Source: Yuukianura sp. NJ FZ-2021
Taxonomy: Eukaryota
Assembly (NCBI GenBank): GCA_046563655.1
Contig: CM102284.1
Location: forward strand, 4,650,001 to 4,714,000
DNA length: 64,000 nt
Direction of reading: 5' to 3'
The translations under genes were made by a program, and so were the position numbers. The notes under the pieces are model-generated. The model did not search any database. It was not told the origin of the DNA and saw only the letters and a program-made list of their open reading frames with translations. Position 1 is the first letter of the stretch, and the number at the start of each line of letters is the position of its first letter. Positions 8,973-21,300 of this stretch are shown piece after piece.

Positions 8973-11900
8973 GTAAGTCAAAAACTTACGTTATATTAAC
9001 GTTAAGGGCAACAGTCAATGAACTTTCATCTTCATGTAAGGGAATCTATGTAGTTAGTAGCTACCACGCAAAGACTCAATTATCATCTTCTCTGATTCAG
9101 TTCTATAAAAAGCTTAGACCTGCGATGACCTGGTCATAAAAGAAGATAATCTTATTTTTCAGTGTTCAGGTTCGCTTCAAGAATATCTTGATTCAAGATA
9201 ATATAGTAAGTTCATTCTAGTTTTGTGGAACTGCTACAAAAATTCGTTATGCAAGAGTTTATTTTGCTTTGATGAGTACCGGTAATGTAGTTTTTAGATC
9301 TTTGACTTGTCATTCACGCTAATACGAATCACCCAGTGTTGGGAAGGTCAATGGTCGAGTTACAGTTCAAATGATGACGTAGACTTTTTTCGGATATCAA
9401 TTTTTCATGAATTCATAAAAAGTATAGTTTGACAGACAGAAAGGTAAAACGTCATCGTTCGTTCTTAAAGTTCTGGAATCAATCGATCCATTTTTAGGAT
9501 TGATAGTCAAAGGACATGCACTAAAATAGAAGTGTTCTTTGAATACTTCATTGTAATCGTTTTTATCCAAGAAATCGATTATTACGACTACATTTAGAGC
9601 TTAGAGTAGAGCCAAATTTATCTGAACTTTCTGCTAAATTAGTTGATTCTAGCTATTCTGATTGTCTGCTACGTCACGGTTTGGTATTTTAAGTTATAAT
9701 TGTTCCGAGTTGGCTCCAAGTGCCAGAACCCACCGGCAAAAAGTTCTAGATTGCGAATGTTTGTTAGTTTTTTTGATGGAAGTGTGAGGGTTGAATAGGG
9801 AAAAAGATAAAAGCCATTGTGGTTTGCAATTTCATTCCTAGGCACGATGCAGCCAAGCAGATCGACATGTCTATTATCTTTTGACTAATCTATTCACCAC
9901 CTCTTTCAGCTCCACTTAAACCTGTAAGTGAGGAGACCTTCACTGAATTTGCTTACGCCCTCACCGCCTCTGCTAAATCTAAAATTACGACACTCCCTTG
10001 GCTATTATATGGATGGACTTTTGCAATTTCTGGATTGACTGTTGACGTAGAGAATTGTTGGATCGGATTTAGTTGACTCTTCAAAATTTTGCTAACGTCT
10101 ACACACTTCGTCAATTGTGCACGGTAGAATGGGGTGACATGCTTGATTAGATTAATGAACTGGGATTGACGACGGGATCATCTCATGTGAGAATCAATTT
10201 TCAGAATTCAGACTAAGCTAATCGTAATTTCACAAACACTTCACACTTTCGCTCAGGTTTTTCGTTTTTCTCGGGATATGGACATCGAGACTTTCGAGGC
10301 TTGAATCAGTATCGTCTCGAGAGCTTTAGCTTTATGTACCTAGGCAATTTCCTGAATTTCTGATATTCAATGCCAGGTTAGTTATGATGGTGAAGGTGAT
10401 TGATAAGTTAATGGTAACCAGACGCCTTTAACATTTTGTTTGGTTTTGAGCGTAGACTCAAAAGTATACAGGGGTTTCGGAAGATTCCCTAAATAAATAA
10501 TGTTGAAAACTGGTTGTGTTAGTTTTGGTGAAGGCCGTCACAATGGCCGTCATGTCAGTTTAGAGAGGTTGGGAGAATAGGCAGGGATCAGCATTACTGC
10601 GTTAGGACAACAAAACTTTTTGGATATGCCGAATGCCCTCAATTTCTGGATTCACTTTTAGAATGCTGTTTTTTCCACAATCGACAAACTACGGATGTAG
10701 TAACATCGAGTTTATGGTGGATTTTTTAAGCTTTTGGTTTTATTTCGTAACAAAACTTTTAATTTGAACGTATAAAGTGAAGCGTGTGCAAGGTCTGCTC
10801 GAAGTTACACAGATTTTATTAGTTTTCGTGCCTTTTCGGCTTCGAAAACATGCAAAACTTAAGCTATTCGTTTTTTTTGCTGATGGTCCAGGTTAGTTTT
10901 TATGAAGTGGATGTGAACGTGATCAAGGATTTCAGCTCTGTATCTCAAGTGATGGTTGTGTGAGTGAGGTCAAATTCATGTCATTTCGAGGCAAGTAACT
11001 ATTGATTACCGAAGTACTAAAAACTAAAGTAGAGCCTGTCGCTTATATTGGCAGTTTGAGTTATGGATAACAGAGTAAATAACAGTGACAGATTCATTTT
11101 TTGAGTTATAACTTCCTTTCGATCCAAAAAACGATGGACGTTCATATGCTTTCTGCTTTGGTGTCTCTATTATTTACAGACCAAAATTGGAGCCAAGTCG
11201 AAGTCAAGAGACGATTTTTTGCTTTTTGTGCGGCTCAAACTGGGTTTTGCATCAATTTTATTTAGTGGATCGGTGAACGTGAATTTGTAAAATTGATTTT
11301 TGTGTCAAATCAAGTTTCAAAGTCGTTTTTTGAAATGGAAATTGAGATCAGGGCAGGAGTGAGTGGCTTCTCGTGATTTTGAAATTGAAGGTCTTTGGAC
11401 TGATAATCGTTGCTTTTGGTTGATTCTGTTCTGTTGTGTAGATGAATTGAAACTTACACGTTATTCTTTGCTGCATAAAAGGCATTTTGGGGGCACAGTG
11501 TCAGTGACTTTTGGCCAAATTTTACTCAGGCTTCATTTTTTTACTACTGCTGGAATCTGTAGAGTCTGGACAAAACTGGTTATCAGTTAAGCCTTGTAGA
11601 TTAATAGCTACTAAAATTCAGGACAGTGCACAGTTTAGTGCGAAAATCCCTTTAAAAAGTGGTGAAAGAGGATTGAAGATGATGTGTGACGTGGTGGTGT
11701 ACAACTGATATGTACAGATTTATGTTATGTTCATGTTCTGGTCCTAAGTGGGTGCGAATGACGTTGGAACTTGAAGCTCAAATGAATTTACTTTTACATT
11801 GTATTACTATTTTTTGGTTTTAGTTTTAGCTAGAAGTGGACCTGAGTGTTTTTCATTTTAATTTCAAGTGTAAACTGCTGCTTTACTGTTGGAAATTTTG

Positions 11901-12717
11901 TGGTGCTCTGAGGTTACGTTGTGGTGTATTTGATATCAAAGTCAAAGAGTAAATGTGGAATTTTGTGAAGAGCAAAGGTGAAAGCTAACTTTTCCAAGCT
12001 AAACTAACAAGCCTAAGTTTTCCCGCATCCTGATTTTGGGTTGAAGATTTTGAAATATTCAAGTGCGTGGTGAAAGTCCAAAGTGTGCTTAGATTTTGGT
12101 TGTTTCGCGTTTTTCGGGATAGAAAGCAAGGTTTTGAGTTATTCTGAAGCTTTGAAGAACGAGATATTCATATTCAATTTGTCTCAAAGCGATAGAAGAC
12201 TGTAAAAGCGTATTAATAGTTAAAGGTCCCAGCACTGTAGTTGCTCCTAGTGCACTTTGGACGAATTCGTGCCATGAAATAGTCACTGTCACTGAGGGTT
12301 TTGGCGTTTTCGTTTTCTTTTTTTCTTCGTTTTCTTTTTTGGTTTTGTGCTCTCGGAAGCTAAAACGGACTGCCGAGAAGACGTCACAAGATTCTTGGTG
12401 TTCTGCAGGGTGATGTGCAATTTTTTCGCTATGTTGAATCTCCTTGAAGACGAAGAACGACGGGAAGTCATAGCTTTTATGCATTTCTTTTTACGAGGAA
12501 AATAGCGCATAGTACCGAATACGAAACTGCTAGTATGAGAACGTGAGAACAAAAATGAAGATGAGCTGGAAAATTTTCATGTGTTCTTGATCCATTTTTG
12601 GTTTCAAATTATTACTGTTCGGTGTTAAAGCGTGCAAGGGATAGAAGTGAGTGAGTTTTAGAAATCGCTCAATTTGAAAACTTTTTGACACAAATTGACA
12701 AATTTTTAGGAAATTCC

Positions 12718-12885
12718 GGTTCCAGGTAATTTGGTCGGAATTGGATTGGTCGAAAACGCAGATGTCGGCAAACCTAACCTACCCCTAGCGTTAGAAAGGT
12801 TAACCAAACCTAACCTAAATCCCATATACGCCTGCCGACCTCTGCCATTCCGACCAATTCACTTCCGACCAAATTACCTGCTACG
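12718..12885. mobile_element. Short Mutator-like MITE (168 bp) with 9-bp TSD
   Basis: TIR core CAGGTAATTTGGTCGGAA / TTCCGACCAAATTACCTG; termini GGTTCC...GCTACG; perfect TSD GGAAATTCC at 12709-12717 and 12886-12894; internal AACCAAACCTAACCTAA. Confidence 0.9.
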
Positions 12886-15800
12886 GGAAATTCCAAGTAT
12901 CAACCAGTAGGCTTTCCGTTTGGTTAGATTTTCCACTTGACGACTATAGGAATCAATGTCTACGTCATCGGAATCAGCAGACACAGATCGTAACTTCCCG
13001 GGTCCCGGAAGTAAGAAGCACAATGTGGAAAATTGCCAAAAATGAATCACGCCCGCCGCCAACTTTCCGAAATTCTTGTCAGAAACGGTATTTCTTACAG
13101 CCACCCAATTCGCGGAAGTGGATAATAACGTCTTGTCCGACGTAGGTGACGTGAGATCGCTTACGTCACTTAATCCGTGAAAATTGGCGGAAGGAATTTT
13201 TCTGGAAGAAAGCAAAAAAGCAATATGGGTTTACGAATAAATGGAGAAAGTTAGGGTTCTGCAGTTTTTTTTTCTTCATTTCAAGTAGCATTCTCGCTTA
13301 AGGTTAGGGTTCAGGGAGTGAATTTAGGCAAAACAGAATGAATGACGGATTTTGCTTGATGCTATGTTTGATCCTTGAGTTGGCTATTCGACCTACGTAA
13401 AAGATGAGGAGCACTTGACTTTCTCTTGGATAACAGTATGAGAAGTTACATACAGCTTAGGTTGTATTGGATCCTGAGAGAAATGGAGATGGGCTTAAGT
13501 GGACAGGCTCTTGAAGTTAATTAACAAAATTAAAGTGAATGTAGTGCGGGGGAGGAAGAAATGTGAGAGTCCCGGATACTTCCGTGTAGTGCCTGGAGGC
13601 GTTCAAACGATTTTGTGCTGGGAGTGTAAAAAAAAGTGAAAGTGCTGGAGCATCTTTTTTTTTAGCTTGTTTCTCTAAAAATCACAATGAAAATTGGTTC
13701 AACCCGGCAGAATAGACAGAATAGAATCACTTGCCAGAGGCGAGAGAAATAGTTTTATGGAGCTGTAAAGTTTTATGCATTGGAGCTGGAGGGTGTTGCT
13801 CTAAGCATATGTGAACTCGTTTGGAAATTGAGGCCGCTGTTTTTCAGTTCGGTGTAATCTATGAGAAACGACATTTACTTGTTGGAGTTGGAATTTCCGG
13901 GTTTCCGGAGCTTCAGTTCCCAAAAGATTCCCAGCTAAACCTATTTCCAAGAACATATCATAACCTAGAGAGAATCCAACCATGTACTACGATTAGCTGT
14001 TTTTTTGAGAGTGAGAGCAACAACTAAGCTTACTCCATCCGCTTATTCCTTAGTTTATACTTTAGGGAATAAAGTAGTTTTCGGTTGTAGGAATCCGGGA
14101 GAAGTAAAATCCGGAGTTCTTCGGGATGCGTTCTTTATTTAAAGGAAATTCGGGAGTCTCTGGCATTTCTGAGTTTGGAGAGTGGAGCTTAAAAGGAATT
14201 AGGAATGTGAAAGTAAGTTTTTTGTATAAGTCTTCATAGAAAGTGTTTCCGAGAAAGGCAAAGGAGGTTGGCGTGAGTTATGAATGAATTCCAAATGGAA
14301 TCTTAATTACGAAATATCTGTCTTTGTTCCTCTTGAATTATAACTGGCAATTTTGCAGAAATGAGATTTTAGTATGCTTTTTTGAAATTTTGAGACGAAA
14401 ACTATGCTTGGTTGTTTGAGGGGAAAGTAAAATGTGAAAGTGGGAAGAGTGAGCATTCACTTTTGTTGTTGAATTGTCTGATTTTGAAAGTTTTTTGAGC
14501 AATATTTTAAAGATTGGTGAGAGTTTGAAGGGTGAATTTAAAGTAGCCTTCGAAGTATTTTTAAGTGAGACATTATTTAGGGAATCACTGTCAGAAATTA
14601 GAAACTAAGCGGAAGGTGATGTAAATGATGTTTACCACTAATTTTGTGTCTAGTGATAATTTCGGCGTAGGTGTTAGAATGTTAATCACGTACTTAACAT
14701 GGGAAGGTCATATATGACGCGTGTGCTAAAAGTTACGGCGTTGAGGATTTTGAAGAAGATGCTCTGATTTTAATTACCTGAGTCCTATTTATATGCTGGT
14801 CCAGAGAAACAGGCAAAAGTGATTGAGAGGCGAATGTAATTTAAATGCAAATTCTAAAATTTAGTGTAGAGGAGGAACTTTGTTATGAAGTTAAGTTTGA
14901 GCATCTTCATCATCAAGTCATCCAAGCGTGAATTATTAGAGGAACACAAAAAACAGGGCAGTGTCAATTAATTCCAAAGCCGATTATTGCCTATGTTTTT
15001 GTAATTTATGGAGCAACGCGGGAGAGCGAAGGCGTAACTGATTTCGATTTTCCAAAAAAGAAAATCGCGTGGAAACATTTTCTAAGAGATTTTGTGTAAA
15101 GATTTCTAACTTTTACAAAATGATTTAAAAAGCGAGAAAGTTTTTGTATTTTGGGATTTTGGTGATGGATGTTTTGGAGAAAGTTGATTTTTTTTTAATT
15201 TTTTAAAAATTGGAAGTCGAAGTTTCTTTTTTCTCGTTTTTTCTTGGAGTGGTCAAAATGTGAAAAGTGAAATTTTTGTCGTAATTCAGTTTTTCTCTCT
15301 TTTTCTGGTTTCTTTTTCCGTTTTTGTTTGAAGTTGAAAGACAAGAGTGAAAGTCCTTTTACTTTGAAAACTTTGAAGGCAGAGAGAGCGAGAGAGAATT
15401 GTCGGGTGAAATGAGTGAATTTGATTAGTGCTGAAGCAGGAGAGTCACTCTTGGATGGATTCACTAATTTGATTAGCAAAGCCTTTGTCTACTACTGTCC
15501 AATCCAGAAGTATGGGGAGACCATTTAATTTTAGACAGAGAGCTACTTTTATTTACTTTCCATTTTCAATATGGATTAACTAACTGCCTCATCTGCTCCA
15601 TATTGTTCCGAATTTCACTGAATTTCGGAACTGCTTCGTTGAGGATATGGCAACTTTTTGAATTTTGACAACAGTGATGGTGACTGGAAACTTGTAAAGT
15701 TTGCGGAACTGACAAATTTCGAAATTGGACTTGAGAATTTTGAAATGTCAAAGTTGAACGGAGTTTAGGAGGAAAAGAAAGTGAACGAGGACGGAAGACG

Positions 15801-17233
15801 ACGAGATGTATTTTTTTGAGAGATTTTTTTTTCGTAACTGGGCAACCGCCACGAGGCGAAGATGAAACGGAACAAAAGGGAAAGTGACAGACGTCAAGGA
15901 GGATGTTTTGGAAGATGAGTTCGCTTAAGGACAATTTGGATGATTTAAGTTGTCGTGTGTTTTGATGGAGATAACAAATCAGACAATGTCAAAGGGCATG
16001 CCCTAGGAATTGTTTTTGAAATAGTGTTTTAGAAATTGTGTTGGCGCTGGAATGGATGAATTCTGCTTTGATGATGAAGTTATGCTGATGAGTGATGACA
16101 TATGACAGACGTAATGAGCGTTGTTGGTGAAAGTTGGTGATCCTGTGTGCTCTAGTGATGCGAGAAGTGTCCAATGTAGCGTTAAGTTTTAGTATGGTTT
16201 TGTACATTTGTACCATCGGTGACGGTGAGGGAATGAAACGAAACTAGCGCTAAGCTGGTGCTGTTGGGCCTTTGGGAGAAGAAGAAGCAACAAGCGACGA
16301 CTGGAGGAAGTTATATGATGATGGTCGTAATCCGATTTTGAAGAAAATAATCGATCCGTGACGCAAAACATGCACGAACCACCGTTACATAGTTAGTTTC
16401 TCGTCTATATTGTATTTATTCTGTGTTTTACAGAGTTCGACTTCCGTGTAATTTAAAAAGAACATGGTTTTCTGCGGGGATTTGAAATAGTAATTTACGT
16501 ATACCTGAGAGTTAGCCAGATCTCATCAACACCAAATTTTAAGTACTGCAGGGAGCTAGCGGGGCCGGGGCCAATCAAGACTAAATTTTTAAATTTTAGG
16601 TACTATTTAACATTTAGTACTACTATTTTTTGTTAGTTTCGCTTTCGGCTCATGTTCGCCATGCACCTATTCTCGTGTCAGTTTTTGTTTCGGATTAATT
16701 TTTTTCTTTCGGGTTTCAGCGTGAACGGAAATATATTTTGTTTGGTGCATGGCGATTGTCGTGCCATTCCACTCAAGGCTTTTACGTAGGTAGTGTTAAA
16801 GTACTGTGGAAATGAATGTAAACCTAAAGTGTTATTTTTAGTCTGTTAGTATTTGGGAAACCAATTTAGCACTTTGGGGGAAGAGAAAGTCTGCTTTCTC
16901 TTTCGTGTCACCACAACTTTCAACTTATTTTTGTTTTACTTGGACTTTTTCTAAAGCAATTGCTTGGAGCGAGTGCTGAAATTTGTTCTTCCAAGGAATG
17001 GCAAAGTAGGTCGAGTGGCGTATAAATAAGTTAAATATTGACTAGTTACTCAATTCGGCAATTCAATTGTCAAGAGTTTTAGTTTTTGAAAGAAATTTGA
17101 AACGGGAAAAAATACTTTGACCTTTTGACCCAGTACGAGGGCATTTCCGGAACAAACTTGTGGTGATTTATTTCAGGGTTTGGATGAAATTGGTGTTAAA
17201 AGTTTTAAGTGTGGTCTGGCTCAGGATCCATCT

Positions 17234-17560
17234 TTAAGTAGAAATCGGCTGGATCTTGTCACTGTCCGACTTAGAGTCGTCGCTTGTGTCGTCAGATGCT
17301 GGTGGTGCTCCTTTTGCTGCCAGTTCTTCTTCCAGTTGTCGAATACTGGCCTCTGTTGTTCTGAGAAAACGGACATGCTCGTTGTGGTAGCTCCTAACGA
17401 GATCTTGTCCATGCTGGATAGTTTCTTCATAGCCTTGGTCCAATTTGGCATGCCAGGGATGCAATACTGTCGTCTGGATGCCGAGAGCCGAAATACCGAC
17501 GACAAAATTCAAGTACGGCACTACAGAATTAATTTTTCTTCCAATGGATGACCCAGCCAT
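17234..17560 (-). CDS. Intronless 108-aa protein: single hydrophobic segment, HPWH motif, helical segment and acidic tail; nested antisense in a PKA-RII 5' intron
   Basis: GTCATGG start context; MAGSSIGRKINSVVPYLNFVVGISALGIQTTVLHPWHAKLDQGYEE...; more GC-rich and coding-like than the flanking intron; resembles (from recall, unverified) small uncharacterised fungal proteins with an NF.v..sAL.fQ..vLyPWH motif. Confidence 0.7.
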   Translation of the reverse strand: MAGSSIGRKINSVVPYLNFVVGISALGIQTTVLHPWHAKLDQGYEETIQHGQDLVRSYHNEHVRFLRTTEASIRQLEEELAAKGAPPASDDTSDDSKSDSDKIQPIST

Positions 17561-17963
17561 GACAGTTCTAGGAGAACGTGTGCCTTGATTAATCGATTAA
17601 ATAGTCAGTCACGACTTGATTAATCGATTGCTCACATTAAAACACGTCCAGCCTAACTTTCCCTCCAGTACTCCCCACACACCCCACACGGTCCACGTAA
17701 AATTTAGACGCAAATCAGATAACGTTTTAGAAAATTCTGTTGAGCTAGTTGGTTGTTTTCATTTTTATATTTGGAAACTTTGTAGCACCCGTTGCCATGG
17801 TGTTGAAATTTTTTGAGTTGTTTAAACATTTTAGTGTGTATGTTTCGAGGATTTTGAAAAAATCGGATTTGACTTGACTAACGGATTTTTGTTGTTCTAA
17901 ATTTCAGGAGGTGGTTGGATAGCTGTTGTTGAGAGACATCGAATCTTCTGAGTCAGTTTGAAA

Positions 17964-18347
17964 ATGGAGAATCGTCCAAGATATCGTGTTCCAGACGAAC
18001 TGCGTGAAACACTGCTTGACTTTACGATTGCCTACCTCCTCGAACGTCCCAACAACTTGGCCACATTTGGACTCAACTTCTTCCAGCGTCTAAAGGATGA
18101 ACATGAAGGTGGCGGTGGTACTGGTCCACGCCCTGCTCCAGCCACAGCCGTCAACGGCGGAGAGGAGAATGACATTGAAGGTAATTTTGCTCTAGACAAA
18201 CCCATTGTTGACTGGATTGTCCATTTTTCCATTGTGTACGTCATCGAGCAACCCGCCAATATTTATGACTTTGGAATTCTCTACTGTCGCAAGAAGGAAC
18301 GAGCGGCGGAAGCAGCAGCTTCGGCTATGGCCATCAGAACATATTAA
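17964..18347 (+). CDS. Predicted read-through isoform of PKA-RII with two tandem D/D domains (127 aa)
   Basis: The ORF stays open across the donor at 18181 and encodes [37 protein letters not shown], which aligns without gaps to the first D/D domain. Confidence 0.6.
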   Translation: MENRPRYRVPDELRETLLDFTIAYLLERPNNLATFGLNFFQRLKDEHEGGGGTGPRPAPATAVNGGEENDIEGNFALDKPIVDWIVHFSIVYVIEQPANIYDFGILYCRKKERAAEAAASAMAIRTY

Positions 18348-21300
18348 CTCGAGAGAATAGCTAAAGTTAATTCGAGGAAAGTTAACTAAAGTTATGCAGC
18401 CAAATCGCTCCAAAATTTCTGAAATTGCGGAAGAGTAAAGTGAAGTAAGAACGGAAATGGCGTTTCTCTCCTTGTCACGCTTTTACATTAACCTGAAAGT
18501 GTACTTTACTCTCGTTCTTCCCGTTTTTAAGTGGTTACTTATGATAGTTTCTCACGCTAGGTTGGAGTTTTAAGTTGGAGCTTAAAAGCGTTTTTCAGGA
18601 AGGAAACGCTAAAAAGTTTGGGCTGAACCATTAATTGTAAAGGTAATTAAACTAATTTAAAATCCAGGAAAAGTTGGACTAATTTTCGAACAAGCGAGGT
18701 TTTGCACATGCTATGCATGGCTGGATTTTCGTTTCGTGTACAATGGAGTCCTTAAAGTCCAAAGTTCTTACTTTTTTTTAACTTTGTGTAGCTTTTTAAA
18801 AAAAAAAGTTCTGAGATTGAATATGCTTTGGAACAAGTTTGAGAGTAGTTTTTCTTGTAAAGTTTAGTAGAGAGGAAACTAAACTTCAAATGGCACTTGA
18901 GTGTCAGGCTCCTCGTCCTTACAATTTGTAGGCTTTCCGGCTTTCTCATGTCAAGTTTTAGTTTTCCGAAAGTTTTCGGAAATTTCCGGACTAGTGACGA
19001 AGTTGTGCTGGGTGGATTTGATGTTAGTGAAGTGCAAAACTCTCGCGGAGGAAAGTAATTGGATTAAAACTCGAATTTTGTGTCATCAGTTTCATCTCCC
19101 CGTGAAGTTCGTAAATGTAGATAGGCTGTTTTCCACTTTTTAATTTTTCGGAAGCGGAGTTTTTTTTTTGTGAGTCTTAGCTTTTTAAAAAAAATGCTTG
19201 AAAGCTTAGGAGTTTTTTGAAGAGCTTTTTGGGAATTGAGCTTGAGTTGAAAGTGTAAAAAAAGAGAAAGCGATAGGGGCCCTTTTAAAATTTCGGGAAT
19301 GAAATTAGAACGCTACTGCAGCGCTGCCTGACTTTTAGTTAAAGGAAGAACAGGCTGATTTTTTATTTAAGATTGCTGGTTTTTTGAAAAGTGAACAATG
19401 GCTGCTGCTCTGTTCTCCTCTCGTGATCTTCTGTGACATTGTATGATTTAATTCATTTTGTTGTAAGGAAGAACGACTGGGCGGAAGTACATTATCATTT
19501 GACTGGAGTGCTCGTAGGAAGGAATAGGGAAAGAAATTGGGAAAATTTCCTCTTAGATGTTGGTTGGCTTTCTCTTTTTGCTTTTCCCGGTGGGAGTTGT
19601 CGGTTGCTTTTACTCTAGAAGAAGTTCCAGCCTAAAGGAGCCTAAAAACTAAAGAATCTCACTGGCGGAAGTAATAAGTGATCCTGTTCAAAGGTTCTAG
19701 TGGTTTTTTTGCTAACAAAAGTTTGCGAAAGACGAAAGAAAGCGGAAGGTTTTAGTTGAGTTTGAGCTGCTTTCGCTACTGGTCTTCGTTTTTGTTTGGA
19801 AATTGAATCCTGGTTAAGGTAACAACTCTGTGGTGGTGATAGCGGAAGTTTAGGAGGTTAGAAAAACAAAGTCTTACGTTTTAGGCGGGGAAGAAGAAGT
19901 TTTGAATGGCAACATGGTGCTTTCACTGCTTTCACTTGTGAAACTGAAGTTTATGTAGTTTTCGAATTGTGAAAGTGAGTGGAAGGTTTGAAAGAGAAAG
20001 TAAAGTTAGTTGGTGTGTGAAGGTACTTGAAGGGAAGTTGACTGTGGAATGGGTGTGCCATTTTTGTATTTGGAAGACTAAAGGTCAAGGTCAAGTTGAG
20101 AATACGCAAGTTATCTTCGTAAGATTGGATGGAGGAGGGGGAAGGTTAGTCGTTTCTTATTTTTAGACGAACCTTAGCATAAGGGTTATCATATTTCAGT
20201 TGCTGTTTAGTAAGTTTTTCTTGAGAGAAAGTAAAAATGGGTTGAGTTAGGTTAGTTTTAGGCTAAGGTCAAAGATCACATACTTCTCGTGTATCTTTCT
20301 AAAGCTTTGTGTGGAAGTGGGCAGATCAACAAGAGAAGAGACGGTGAAAATGAAAGAAAGTTAGTTTACACTTTAGGCCTTAAGGTTCAATGTTGAATCA
20401 GAAGAACTAACTTTGGACATTCTGGATTTTGTGGTTACTTTCCGTGTTTCCTTGTGTCAACTGTGTGTATTCTGTCACGTTTCTATTATTCTTTGGACTC
20501 TTTAGGTCTTGTGAGACTTTGGAAGGCCGTGCCGCTAGGATTAAGTGTTAGAAGGACTGTTGTGTGCTAGAGCGTAAGTGGGATTGTCTCTTCCTTTGGT
20601 TTCATTTTCTCAACACCTTAACTTTCTCGGGTTACAGTTAGAAAGGGGTGAGAAAGTGAAGAAATTCAATTCCCGGATGATATAAGATCCCTTATTCAAT
20701 GGAATTCTGGGAAAGAGACAAGTGGAAGTGGAGAAGATTCTGAAGTTCCACTTTCCCCATTGTCTTTTTCAGGATCTTTTGTCTTCGGCTTTGTCCGGAA
20801 GAAGTTTATTTCTCAAATCATTCTGGGAACAATGCCCTCGTCTGAGTTACTTTTTGAGTAGAAAAGTTGAGCGAAGAGGAATATAAAAGATTTATGGACC
20901 AACTGTTGAAAGATGGTAGCAATCTTGTGGGTTTATTTCTATGAATTTCTGAGATTTCTATGAAATGTTGAAAGAAAGTTGGTAAGTTTTGGCATATTTT
21001 CGTGGTTTGGGAGAAAGTTGTGTTAGGTTTGCCAAGAGACTGCGCTTATGAAAGATGTTCTTTGGTTATGAAAATTTTGGATCCATTTTGAATTTTGATC
21101 TTTTGAGACTGAATTTTAACAAAAGTCTTCTGAGACCTGGAGGGCTATGGTTCATCTGTTTCTGAGAAAATGTTGAGGTTACAAGCATTTTGGTGAAACT
21201 ACATAGACTTTTTGGTGGAACGGGAACTCTGGAAGTCTTTTGTTAGATAATTTGACTTGAACTTTCGGGCTAGAACTAGGCAATTTGGCTGTAAACTGCC

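Noticed and set aside
12874-13215. 113-aa antisense ORF next to the short MITE
   Set aside because: Non-ATG start, ends inside the MITE, no motif recognised.
18183-18347. Second D/D domain as a mutually exclusive alternative exon of full-length RII
   Set aside because: An AG exists at 18194-18195, but there is no upstream in-frame ATG for it and no donor after the domain to rejoin exon 23394, so read-through is the simpler model.
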